A stretch of DNA of 43,169 nt, taken from NCBI GenBank assembly GCA_023818745.1, contig JAMWBY010000001.1, forward strand, positions 1 through 43,169. Reading direction: 5' to 3'. A program made the translations under genes and the position numbers. This stretch comes from Candidatus Omnitrophota bacterium (lineage in GTDB: Bacteria; Ratteibacteria; UBA8468; B48-G9; JAFGKM01). This document shows positions 9,245 through 18,455 of the stretch, one piece after another. The notes under the pieces are model-generated. The model made no database searches. It had not been told where the DNA came from and saw nothing but the letters and a program-made list of their open reading frames with translations. Numbering within the stretch: the first letter of the stretch is position 1; every line of letters begins with the position of its first letter.

Positions 9245-10330
9245 TTAAGTAAAATCAAAATAATCAAGTTTATCAATGCCTGAAGGACGAGGATTTAGTT
9301 CAAGAAATATAATTTTTAAATTTTTTCCATCTGTTTCAAGTAAAATATCCATTCCTCCTATTTTAAGTTTTTCTTTTAATCCTTTATTGAAGAATTTGAA
9401 AATTTTTTTGATTTCTGAAATGATTTGAATTTTATGTGTCTCTGTTAGAATAAATTTTTCAAAACCTTTCTCTATTCTATAATAAAGATTATTTTTTATA
9501 TCTTTGAAGTTTAAAATTTTACCACCTTTATAAGGAGAAGTAATTGGAAATTTTTCATCTGGACTTATTTCAAAAAAACACCAGTTTGAAAAAATTTTTC
9601 TCTTATACTCAAAAATAAAAAATCTTAAAACAACATCTCTGTATCCTAAAATTTTTTCATCTTCTTTAAAGTAATAAACATTTCCTCTTTTTTCCTTTAT
9701 AATAACTGGTTGTTCTGGTAAAATACTCATAACTGTTTCAATTAAAAAATTAAAGTTTTTAATTATTTCTGTTTTTGTAAAAAAATATGTTTGTTTTCCC
9801 TCTGTTCCATAATTTGGCTGAATATAAAAACCCTGTGTTTTTTGATTTTTAATAAATTTCTCAATTTTTTCTTTTAAATTTTTTCTGTCTTTAAATTCAA
9901 TAAGAAGCGATGAAGGCGTATAAATTTTAAATTTTCTTATTTTTTCAATTGTTTTGTATTTATTAGAGGATAAAAAGGAAACAAAAAATGGATTAAGTTG
10001 ATTTATTTTATATTTTTTTAGATACTCAGATATTTTTTGATGATTCTGATGTTCAAATTCAGGATTAAGTGATAAGATAATTGAAAAATGAAAGTAATCT
10101 AAGTTTTTAATTTTTGTGGTCTGAATATTAAAATTATCATCAACAAAGAGTATATTATCCGAATCAAAACTTTTCAACCACCTTTTTGCATAGAAATTTA
10201 AAAGAAGACCTTCTTTCAAACAGAAAAACTTAAAAAATGAAAGGACTCTCTTTATATATTCTTCATCAACCTCATAAATTAGAAGTAAGTTTCTCAACTT
10301 TCTCTTTATATATTTTCCCTCTTTCTGCAA
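9245..10330 (-). CDS. ATP-grasp-like ligase (stand-alone)
   Basis: The order of blocks fits an ATP-grasp fold: FYIQPNYGTEGKQ (glycine-rich loop-like), VIIKEK, RDVVLRFFIF, GGMDILLE...IIFLELNPRPSG (E-x-N metal motif). The annotated start overlaps the giant ORF by 59 nt. Confidence 0.5.
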   Translation of the reverse strand: MQKEGKYIKRKLRNLLLIYEVDEEYIKRVLSFFKFFCLKEGLLLNFYAKRWLKSFDSDNILFVDDNFNIQTTKIKNLDYFHFSIILSLNPEFEHQNHQKISEYLKKYKINQLNPFFVSFLSSNKYKTIEKIRKFKIYTPSSLLIEFKDRKNLKEKIEKFIKNQKTQGFYIQPNYGTEGKQTYFFTKTEIIKNFNFLIETVMSILPEQPVIIKEKRGNVYYFKEDEKILGYRDVVLRFFIFEYKRKIFSNWCFFEISPDEKFPITSPYKGGKILNFKDIKNNLYYRIEKGFEKFILTETHKIQIISEIKKIFKFFNKGLKEKLKIGGMDILLETDGKNLKIIFLELNPRPSGIDKLDYFDFT

Positions 10331-13300
10331 GACAACTAAATATTATGAAAACACCTTCTCCTTTTCTTTCAGGAGGTAATCTATCATTATGTGGTCGCCA
10401 CAATCCTGCGCCTGGATTTGGTTCTATTTTACAAATTACTAAACTTGGAACTTCATTCCCATTTTCATCATAAATTTTTCTTGGATTTCCATCTTCATCA
10501 AAATAAGATACTGAAAGAACCTTTTTATTTTTGTCAATTCTTGGTATTTCATTTCCATTTTCATCATAAATTTTAACTTTTGTTGGATATCCATTTTCAT
10601 CATAAAGAGGTATAAGTTTTCCTTTTTTCTCATCATAAACATACTTTAAGTTTTCAAATTCATCTATTAAAAATACAGGCATATAATCACCCATTTCATA
10701 AGGAATACCTGTAATTGGAAAATCTGTTAAATCAGTAAATATTTCTTCATATTTAACCTTTCCTTTAAATTCTGGATGTATTTTTAGATATTCTTCAAGA
10801 ACAAATTTCCAATTTCTTTCAAGATATTTTTGCTGTGATTCTAAACTTTTATAAACCGCTTTTGTTATTTGTTCTCTTAATGTTTTTCTATATTTTGGAT
10901 GAATAATGTCGTCTGTATATTCATATAAAAGCCCGCCCTGACCTACATTTGCTATTCCTCTTGTGCTTATTACTGTTATATGATGAGAAATCTTATATCC
11001 ATCTTTTCCAAGAACCACAATCTGCCTAAAATAGGAATATAGGGGTGTTTGTGGTTCTTTATCAATCAATACAGGAATACCAATTTTGGCAAACCTTTCA
11101 ACAACATTTTCAAGAAATTCTTTTGTATAAAGTTGTCTTACCCTTGATTGTATTACTTCCTGAATTACAGCATTATCAGTTAATGAAATTTCATAAACAA
11201 GGTCTGTTAATTTATCAACATTTTCCTGTAAATATTTTTTATCTTCTCTTACAGGTAAAATCATTGATTTTCTTCCGCCTGATTCTTTTTCACATTTAAC
11301 AATAATTGTATCATATTTTTGGGCAAGAGACATTATTTTCTCTCTTATTTTTATTTTTGCTTTTTCTTTAAATTTTGCTGTATCTTCCATATACCAGTTT
11401 TCCTGTTCAGGCGCTTTAACTCCAGAACCTTCAAGCATTTTTGGTAATTCACATTTAAGATGTGTTGCAGCTTCCCATATTAGTGGCTGAATAATTGGAA
11501 TTTTAAAATGGTCAATGTATGGTCTTAAAGGATGTGTAAAGTGGAAGAAAATTGAATGAAGAATCACTGGTTTTTTAAATGAAATGAAAACAAGGTCTGT
11601 TTTGTTTTCTGTTATATTTCTATATTTTCCCCTTAATAATTCAAGTTCTTCTTTCGCTGGATAAATCATACCTTCATTTATCAATAGAAATTTATTTCCT
11701 TTTTTCTCTTCCACAGATGGAAATGCTGATATGAAAAGATTTATATTGTTTTTTGCAAATTTAGGACCTTCTTGTAGAGCAACCGGTACTGTTGTGTTTC
11801 CATAAGGATAGATAATACCTACATTTACTCTTTCATTCACTTTTAAATCTTCTGGGTCAACATCCATAAAAATTTCTGGATATCCAAAACCTTCATATTT
11901 AAGAACAACTGCATCTCTTATTCTTGCATAATGGAACCAGAAAATTTCTTCTCTTGTTTCTCCTCTTACTCCTATTGCCATTTTATTTTTCTCAAAATTA
12001 CCTATATATAAATCCTTATACTCAATTGAATAATTTCTCAAAGGTGTCTTTTCACAAACAAGGTAAACCAAATGAGAATAAAGGAATCTATGATATTTAA
12101 ATGCAAGTTGAAATTTAATTTCCCTATGTAGTTTTTCAAAATATGCAGACCTTTCTTTATGATAATGATAAGGTAAGTAGTCAAAAATGTGACTGTTTAC
12201 TGTTCTATCAAGGAATTTAGCAATAGCAGCATTAAATTCATCTTCTGTATAACAAACTGAAACAAGTTCAAGCAAAAACGCAATATCAATCAACTCAAGA
12301 GCCATACAAACTTTTTCATAAAGTAATAGGTCTTTTTCTTTAAATCTTGGTAGATTAGAAATTGTTGTTGCAAAATTGATATAATTTTCTTCTTTTATTT
12401 CTGTAAGTTCAAAAAAGTTTTCAACTTCATTTAAAACTGTTTCTTTTTCTTTAATTTCTTTTGTTTCTTGTATAAGGTGCTTAATAAAATTTTTACTTAT
12501 TCCAAGAAATTCTCCAAATGTTTCGGGTGGAATTATTCTATCTGGTTTTCCAAGAGTATCTTTTGCTTTTTTATAAATTTCTTCAAGAGATAGATTTTTT
12601 AAAGACGATTCATCAAATTTTTTATAACTTTCTTTCTTTTTTTGTAGATTTTTTATTTTTTCAAATTCTTTTTTCCTTTCCTGCCATCTTGCAAGTGTCT
12701 GTGTTTGAATTTCTGCTGCTTTTAATGAACCAGCAAGTCCTGTACTTATTTCTTCATATCTTTTTTTCAATTCAGGAATATATATTGGTCTGAAATATTG
12801 TTCTATGATAAAATCAATTTCCTTTCTCTCAAATAACTGCCTTTTATTATCCTTTAAGATTTTCTTTAATTTTTTCTCAAATTCCAATCTTAATTCTTCC
12901 ACCTCTTTTTTTGTGTATTTTCCATTTAGTAAAAATATTCCACCAAAAATTAACCACTTTCCAAAATCAATATATTTCCAGTTATCTTCTTTGGATAAGT
13001 TGACAAATGTTTCTGTATAATATTTATCTTTAAGACCCCAAGTGTTTATTCTTTTTGATTGTTGTTCTTCTAAAAGGACTTGATCTACTTTGTTTTCTAA
13101 TATAATATAATTTTTTATTTTTGCAAGTGTATCAAATAATGCTTGTTTGCTTTCACCTATTATTGAATTTAATAATTCTTCACTTAAACTCCTTTCTTTT
13201 TCCATCTCTTTTTTCCAGTTTTCAATCGTTTCTCTTCCTATTCCAAGACAGCCATAAACTGCTTTTTCTTCAATAGCAAAAAGTTCTTTAACCTTCCTTC

Positions 13301-16300
13301 TACAATTTGGATTATTGTAAGCAAAAGATGGTCTTCTTGCACCTGAAGTTCCGTCAGCAAAAACAAGTGCACTGAAAGGTCTATCTTTTTTAATTAAATA
13401 TAAAAATTCTGGTAAATTATCAATAAGTTGTAATAATTCAGGGTCAGGTATTCCAAGGTCAACAAAATCAACCCCTCTAACTGCGACTTTATAAGATGAA
13501 AATGGTCCTCTTTTATCAATGACAAGTAGATGAATTTTCCCTTTTAGGTCATTATAAATTTTATTTATTTCTTCATAACTTCTTTCTCTTATCCCAACCC
13601 ATTTTCTTATATCTCCACCATAAATAATTGCATTTGTTTTAATAAGATTTTCATCAAGCCCAATTTTGTAAAGGTATTCAAGAACTTTATTTTTTATTTC
13701 TTCAAGTCCTGAATTAGGCACATGATTTAGTATATCTGAACCAGTACATTTTCCAACAATTCTTATATCCGCAGGTGGTGTAAAATTTTTAAATATTTCT
13801 TTTATTATTTCTCTTCCTTCAGGGTCAATGTCAAGCAATATATGTTTTTCCGCAACTAAACTATAAATTTCAAGTTTTCTACAGCCAGCACTAAATCTTA
13901 CATCTGATACAGGAATTAATCTTCCATCTTCAATTTCGCTCTCCTTATAACTTACATCCATAACTCCCACCAATTCATCATCAGGCAAAATAAGTTTATT
14001 TTTCTCTCTTGCTTTTTTAACAAGGTCATATATAAGTTTTACTTTTCTAAAAGGACCAATCCTATTTATTTCTTCAAGTCCTTGTGCTTTTTTATTTACC
14101 CAGTAAGTTAGTTTAAACTCATTTATTCTCTCTTCCTCTCCTTCTGGAATAACTATTCCCATTTTTTCTAAAGTTATAGCAATCTGAGGTAATCTTGAAA
14201 GATATGTTGGCTGGCCAAAAATTTTGAAATATTCAGGATATCTTGTGTAAAGATATGATAGCGCTTTTCCTTCCCAGTCAATTTCAAGTTCAAAGTCAAA
14301 TCTCCATGCAAGTATTCTTCTCATATCTTCAATTACATTATTATGAAGTTTTTCTGGGATACCAAAAGAGTCCAATATTTTACTTGAGGTTTCTTTATCA
14401 ACAGCAGAAATTATAATTGCATACAGTAAACTAAATTCTTTTGGAACACAAAATCCACCATATGTCTCACCAGATGGAAGTACTATTCTATCTCCTCTCA
14501 TATTCCATTGATTTCTGAAGAACTCAAATTCTCCGAATCTTAAAACATCAAGATTAATGCCTGCTGTCAATGAAAGATAGAAAACACCACCTCTTGAGAA
14601 AAAGTTTTCCCCAACCTTTAAAAATTCTGCTATTCTTGTTGAAGGGATAATAGTTGGGCCAGCAATGTTATATAAAGAATAAAGAGATTTTCCAGAAATA
14701 GCAGAATGGGTATCTACTCCACCAACCCATTTAGGAATATCCCTTACTGAGTAAACCTCTTTTGCTCCAAGATCAACCCTGCTTGGTGTATAAAGTAAAT
14801 TATATTTTTTATAACCACCTTTTGCTTCATATCTATATATAGGTTGATTTAGTTTTTCAAGAAGACCTTCTTCTACAATAATTTTTCTTTGAGCATTTAG
14901 TTTTGAATATACAGGATGGAGATAATCTTTTATAAAGGAAGATACATATTTGGTAAGATTATATTTTTTTATCAAATCTTCTCTTAAATTTTTTAATATT
15001 TCTGCCTGTTGTTCTGTCAATTTATTTGTATTTAAATTTTCTTTTATTTCAGGTGGTAATTGATCTACAATTTCTTGAATTTCTTTCGCTTTGAAATTTT
15101 CACTGTTTATATCCTGCCCTTCATTGATTAAGAGGATTGAAAGTTTTGCTACCTCTCTGCTTACTTCAGGATAGGCGAGAATAACCTTCATAACTCCTTC
15201 TTTAAAATTTTTATCATCATATTTAAAAACTTCACTCTCAAGATTATTTTCTTTTATAATTTTTTCACCAACTTTTATAATATTTTCTCTCCATATCTTT
15301 CTTCTCTGTTCAACCTTTTCAATTAAATTATTTCTTTTCAAAAAATTATAAAGAAGCATCCCTTCTTCAAGCCAGTTTTTTACATTAAATTCTGTTTCTC
15401 CTGGACCAAGAGTTGTTAAAACATGGACTGATGGCAAATCCCTTCTTTTTCTAAAAAAGTTATTCAGATAATCTGTTACATTTTTTTCAAGATTATATTT
15501 TTTAACAAGGTCTTCCAGTGATTTTTTAAGAGATTTTTTACTTTCATAGTTTTTAATTATTTCATCAATTATATCTTTTTTCTCTTCTATTAACTTTTTT
15601 ATTGCATCATATCTTAATATGTTTTCTCTTTCGCAAATTCTTCCAACTTCCTCAACCATATTCTCATACATTTTTTCTATTAAAACAGCACACATACTAA
15701 CTTCATTTTTATATTTTTCTAACTTTTTAATAAGTTCGTCTTCGCTTTTAAATTTCATTTTAAGCAAGTAAGCAATAAATTCTCTTGCAAGTTGTAAATG
15801 TTCTGTTAACATTACATCATTTATATTTTCAGCCCAATACTCAGCATTTGCTCTATACATTTCTTCAAGAATATTCCTCTGGACAAATGGTTTAAATTTA
15901 TATGAGCCATCTTCAGGAATAATCTCATATGACGCATATGCAGGAAGTGCTTCAATCCAATCATCACAAACTTTTAACCAGTTTTTCATTCCAGCAGTCA
16001 CATAAATATTTTCTCCTCCTTCGCTTAAAAGTTCATCTATATGAGGGTCTTCTCCAAAAAATGGGTCCATAAGTTCATTTAAAACACCCATAAATATAGC
16101 ATCTATTGGAAAGATTCTCTGGAAGAATACCATATAAATAGGAGGTCTCCCTTCTTCTTTTTCTACTTTTTCTTTGAAACTTTTTATTTCTTTTCTAATC
16201 TTATCTATAATTTTTCTATCATTTTCATAAGTTGTTTGTTTTAATTTACCTTCATCAAACTTTTGGATAAGTTTTAATTCATAATCAATAAGGTCCTTCT

Positions 16301-16931
16301 CTAACTTTTTTAATGTTCCAAGAATTTTTGATTTTGCAGATTCTTTTTCTCCTAATAAGTAATCAATTTCATTTATTTCTGTATGAAGATAAAAAGGCAT
16401 AAATTCCAGTTGTTTAATTTTATTCAATATTGCGTCTAAATTATCTTTAAATTTTTCTGTTTTTATAACCCGAGAATTTGCTAAAAGTAGCGCATCAATA
16501 TAAAAAGCCCTGCTAAATCTTCCACAAACAATTCTTCTATTTTCATTTCTTGCTTTCAAACTTATTTTATAAGCACATTCCTTATCCTGAATATCATTAT
16601 ATGTTTCATTTATTACTTCATATATTTTATTTCTTAATTGTTCAAGGTCTTTTTCTGTTTCAAGAATTTTTTTAACCATTCTTCTATCGTAAGATATTCC
16701 AAATGTTTTTCTTGCAATAAGCCATGCTGCAATTTTTTTCTTTTTTAATAAGTCCTCTCTTTCATAAGATAAAAATTCAATATACCAGTCACCATTTTCT
16801 TCCTTAATAAGTGCATTTTTAATTTTTTCTTTAAGAGAAATAGAAAATTTTTCATAATCTGAAAGTAATTTCAAAAGTTCTTCTTTAATTTCTGCCTTTT
16901 TTAATTTTTCTATAAATTTTTTGGCATCCAT
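10272..16931 (-). CDS. Giant 2219-aa multidomain protein with a helical N-region, a nucleotide-sugar-dehydrogenase-like core and a C-terminal ATP-grasp module
   Basis: Single uninterrupted ORF with a GGAG SD. aa 764-835 (STRIAEFLKVGENFFSRGG...GETYGGFCVPKEF) parallels [17 protein letters not shown]...GLGGHCIPID of the bona fide dehydrogenase at 40888..42234. aa ~1860-2219 carry ATP-grasp-like blocks: IIVKCEKESGGRKS, IANVGQGG, KIEPNPGAG. No signal peptide or TM segment is evident. Confidence 0.85.
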   Translation of the reverse strand: MDAKKFIEKLKKAEIKEELLKLLSDYEKFSISLKEKIKNALIKEENGDWYIEFLSYEREDLLKKKKIAAWLIARKTFGISYDRRMVKKILETEKDLEQLRNKIYEVINETYNDIQDKECAYKISLKARNENRRIVCGRFSRAFYIDALLLANSRVIKTEKFKDNLDAILNKIKQLEFMPFYLHTEINEIDYLLGEKESAKSKILGTLKKLEKDLIDYELKLIQKFDEGKLKQTTYENDRKIIDKIRKEIKSFKEKVEKEEGRPPIYMVFFQRIFPIDAIFMGVLNELMDPFFGEDPHIDELLSEGGENIYVTAGMKNWLKVCDDWIEALPAYASYEIIPEDGSYKFKPFVQRNILEEMYRANAEYWAENINDVMLTEHLQLAREFIAYLLKMKFKSEDELIKKLEKYKNEVSMCAVLIEKMYENMVEEVGRICERENILRYDAIKKLIEEKKDIIDEIIKNYESKKSLKKSLEDLVKKYNLEKNVTDYLNNFFRKRRDLPSVHVLTTLGPGETEFNVKNWLEEGMLLYNFLKRNNLIEKVEQRRKIWRENIIKVGEKIIKENNLESEVFKYDDKNFKEGVMKVILAYPEVSREVAKLSILLINEGQDINSENFKAKEIQEIVDQLPPEIKENLNTNKLTEQQAEILKNLREDLIKKYNLTKYVSSFIKDYLHPVYSKLNAQRKIIVEEGLLEKLNQPIYRYEAKGGYKKYNLLYTPSRVDLGAKEVYSVRDIPKWVGGVDTHSAISGKSLYSLYNIAGPTIIPSTRIAEFLKVGENFFSRGGVFYLSLTAGINLDVLRFGEFEFFRNQWNMRGDRIVLPSGETYGGFCVPKEFSLLYAIIISAVDKETSSKILDSFGIPEKLHNNVIEDMRRILAWRFDFELEIDWEGKALSYLYTRYPEYFKIFGQPTYLSRLPQIAITLEKMGIVIPEGEEERINEFKLTYWVNKKAQGLEEINRIGPFRKVKLIYDLVKKAREKNKLILPDDELVGVMDVSYKESEIEDGRLIPVSDVRFSAGCRKLEIYSLVAEKHILLDIDPEGREIIKEIFKNFTPPADIRIVGKCTGSDILNHVPNSGLEEIKNKVLEYLYKIGLDENLIKTNAIIYGGDIRKWVGIRERSYEEINKIYNDLKGKIHLLVIDKRGPFSSYKVAVRGVDFVDLGIPDPELLQLIDNLPEFLYLIKKDRPFSALVFADGTSGARRPSFAYNNPNCRRKVKELFAIEEKAVYGCLGIGRETIENWKKEMEKERSLSEELLNSIIGESKQALFDTLAKIKNYIILENKVDQVLLEEQQSKRINTWGLKDKYYTETFVNLSKEDNWKYIDFGKWLIFGGIFLLNGKYTKKEVEELRLEFEKKLKKILKDNKRQLFERKEIDFIIEQYFRPIYIPELKKRYEEISTGLAGSLKAAEIQTQTLARWQERKKEFEKIKNLQKKKESYKKFDESSLKNLSLEEIYKKAKDTLGKPDRIIPPETFGEFLGISKNFIKHLIQETKEIKEKETVLNEVENFFELTEIKEENYINFATTISNLPRFKEKDLLLYEKVCMALELIDIAFLLELVSVCYTEDEFNAAIAKFLDRTVNSHIFDYLPYHYHKERSAYFEKLHREIKFQLAFKYHRFLYSHLVYLVCEKTPLRNYSIEYKDLYIGNFEKNKMAIGVRGETREEIFWFHYARIRDAVVLKYEGFGYPEIFMDVDPEDLKVNERVNVGIIYPYGNTTVPVALQEGPKFAKNNINLFISAFPSVEEKKGNKFLLINEGMIYPAKEELELLRGKYRNITENKTDLVFISFKKPVILHSIFFHFTHPLRPYIDHFKIPIIQPLIWEAATHLKCELPKMLEGSGVKAPEQENWYMEDTAKFKEKAKIKIREKIMSLAQKYDTIIVKCEKESGGRKSMILPVREDKKYLQENVDKLTDLVYEISLTDNAVIQEVIQSRVRQLYTKEFLENVVERFAKIGIPVLIDKEPQTPLYSYFRQIVVLGKDGYKISHHITVISTRGIANVGQGGLLYEYTDDIIHPKYRKTLREQITKAVYKSLESQQKYLERNWKFVLEEYLKIHPEFKGKVKYEEIFTDLTDFPITGIPYEMGDYMPVFLIDEFENLKYVYDEKKGKLIPLYDENGYPTKVKIYDENGNEIPRIDKNKKVLSVSYFDEDGNPRKIYDENGNEVPSLVICKIEPNPGAGLWRPHNDRLPPERKGEGVFIIFSCLAERGKIYKEKVEKLTSNL

Positions 16932-16947
16932 TTTAACTCCTTTTTTT

Positions 16948-18453
16948 TTAAATTATTTCAACTCCATTTACAGAATTACACACAAATGAAGCAAAATTTA
17001 AATTTCTTGATTTGTAATACTTTTTATATAAGATATCTAAAACATTTTCAACTTTGTTTTCTTCTACAAGTATTACTACACAACCTCCAAGTCCTGCTCC
17101 TGTTATTTTTGCACCTTTAACCCCTTTTATATTTTTAACTAAATCAACAATAAAGTCAACATCTTCCACACTGCATCTATAAGCACCTGGTTGATAATAA
17201 ATTTCTGTTTTTTTTCTTTCTTTTTCATCTTTGCTTTCAGAATGTTTTATAAGTTTTTTAAGATATTCATCACTTACTCTATAATTCCATTTTACCTTCT
17301 TTCCATTTTTTAAAAATTTTACAACTCTATCTCCATCGTGAGAAATATACATAAGTTTACCAAACTCGTTTATATTATTTTTTTTCAATAATTCAGAACA
17401 GATATCAGCCCGTGCACATTCACTAATCCCATAAAGTAATACATCTCTTATAGCATAACCGTTTTCAGGTTCTTTATGGGTTTCAAAAATTTTATCAAGT
17501 TCTTGATCCTTTAAGGTTTCATAAATTTCAAATCTTTTTAGTTTGTAAGGAAGATTAAGTAGAATATTATAAATAACTTTATCACTTCCCAGATTTTTTC
17601 TGTTTATATCTCTAATATAGTTAAGTTTAATTCCAATCTCTGGAAATTTATTCTTTATAAGTTTCAATCCAATTATATAAGTTGCTACTCTTTCGTTGAA
17701 GACATCTTTAGCATTTGCAGATTTTTTGGCTTCAATCAATGAATTACAGCATATGATTTTATAATTTTGAGGAAAAGGTATATATTCAACAACAAACGGA
17801 AAAAATCTTATATGAGTAATGTAATTTTCTCTCCCAAGAATCATAGAAGCATGGTCTCCACTTCCACCCCTTGTTCCAACAAACCATTCTGCTTCTCCAC
17901 ACATTTCAGGAAGTTCTTCTTTTTTTATAGGTAAATTATAAAGATTTATAATTGCACTCATAGTTGCTACTACTATTGCAGATGAAGAACTTAAACCTGC
18001 TCCTGTTGGAATTTCTCCATAAAAGAAAAGATTTACTCCACTAATATTCATTTTAGGAAATTTGTTCTGTAAATACAACACACCTGCTTTTATATAATTT
18101 GACCAATCACCTTGGACAATTTTTACTTTTCTTATAAAGTCAGTCCATATAATTCCTTTCTCTGGTAATTCTTCATCAATATCAAATATCTGTGATTTAT
18201 ATTTTTCTTCTTCAAAATCATAAACATAAACTTTTCTATCTTTTCTTTTCCCTGCTATACACCATAAATTTTTATCAATTGTAAGGGTATTTATAAAACC
18301 ACCTCTATGTTCAATATGAGTTCCAAGAAGGTTTATTCTTGCCGGGACTCTTATTAAAATGACATCTTCATCACAATTTTTTTCTATATATTTTTTAATC
18401 AGTTCTTTTAAATTCTCATTTTCTACTTTTTTCAAATATTCTGAACATTTCAT
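16948..18453 (-). CDS. GHMP-family sugar kinase, galactokinase-like (long form, 501 aa)
   Basis: Galactokinase-type N motif VPARINLLGTHIEHRGG, GHMP motif II PTGAGLSSSSA and motif III KITGAGLGGCVV. Confidence 0.85.
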   Translation of the reverse strand: MKCSEYLKKVENENLKELIKKYIEKNCDEDVILIRVPARINLLGTHIEHRGGFINTLTIDKNLWCIAGKRKDRKVYVYDFEEEKYKSQIFDIDEELPEKGIIWTDFIRKVKIVQGDWSNYIKAGVLYLQNKFPKMNISGVNLFFYGEIPTGAGLSSSSAIVVATMSAIINLYNLPIKKEELPEMCGEAEWFVGTRGGSGDHASMILGRENYITHIRFFPFVVEYIPFPQNYKIICCNSLIEAKKSANAKDVFNERVATYIIGLKLIKNKFPEIGIKLNYIRDINRKNLGSDKVIYNILLNLPYKLKRFEIYETLKDQELDKIFETHKEPENGYAIRDVLLYGISECARADICSELLKKNNINEFGKLMYISHDGDRVVKFLKNGKKVKWNYRVSDEYLKKLIKHSESKDEKERKKTEIYYQPGAYRCSVEDVDFIVDLVKNIKGVKGAKITGAGLGGCVVILVEENKVENVLDILYKKYYKSRNLNFASFVCNSVNGVEII

Positions 18454-18455
18454 TT

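Noticed and set aside
10446-10640. Interpreting the YDENG repeats as an RHS/YD toxin cassette
   Set aside because: There are only four short repeats. They are embedded between ATP-grasp motifs, with no RHS core, no PxxxxDPxGL-type cleavage motif and no variable toxin tip or immunity gene downstream.
10391-13020. Several 60-90-aa ORFs on both strands inside the giant gene (10391..10576, 10439..10642, 11045..11299, 12518..12793, 12805..13020)
   Set aside because: All are fully nested in, or antisense to, the 2219-aa ORF. They have F/L/I/K-rich low-complexity translations and lack ribosome-binding sites. The long ORF explains the region.
10272-16931. The giant protein as a secreted adhesin or surface repeat protein
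   Set aside because: There is no signal peptide, no TM segment, no Ig/cadherin-like tandem repeats and no sorting signal. Enzyme-like motifs are present instead.
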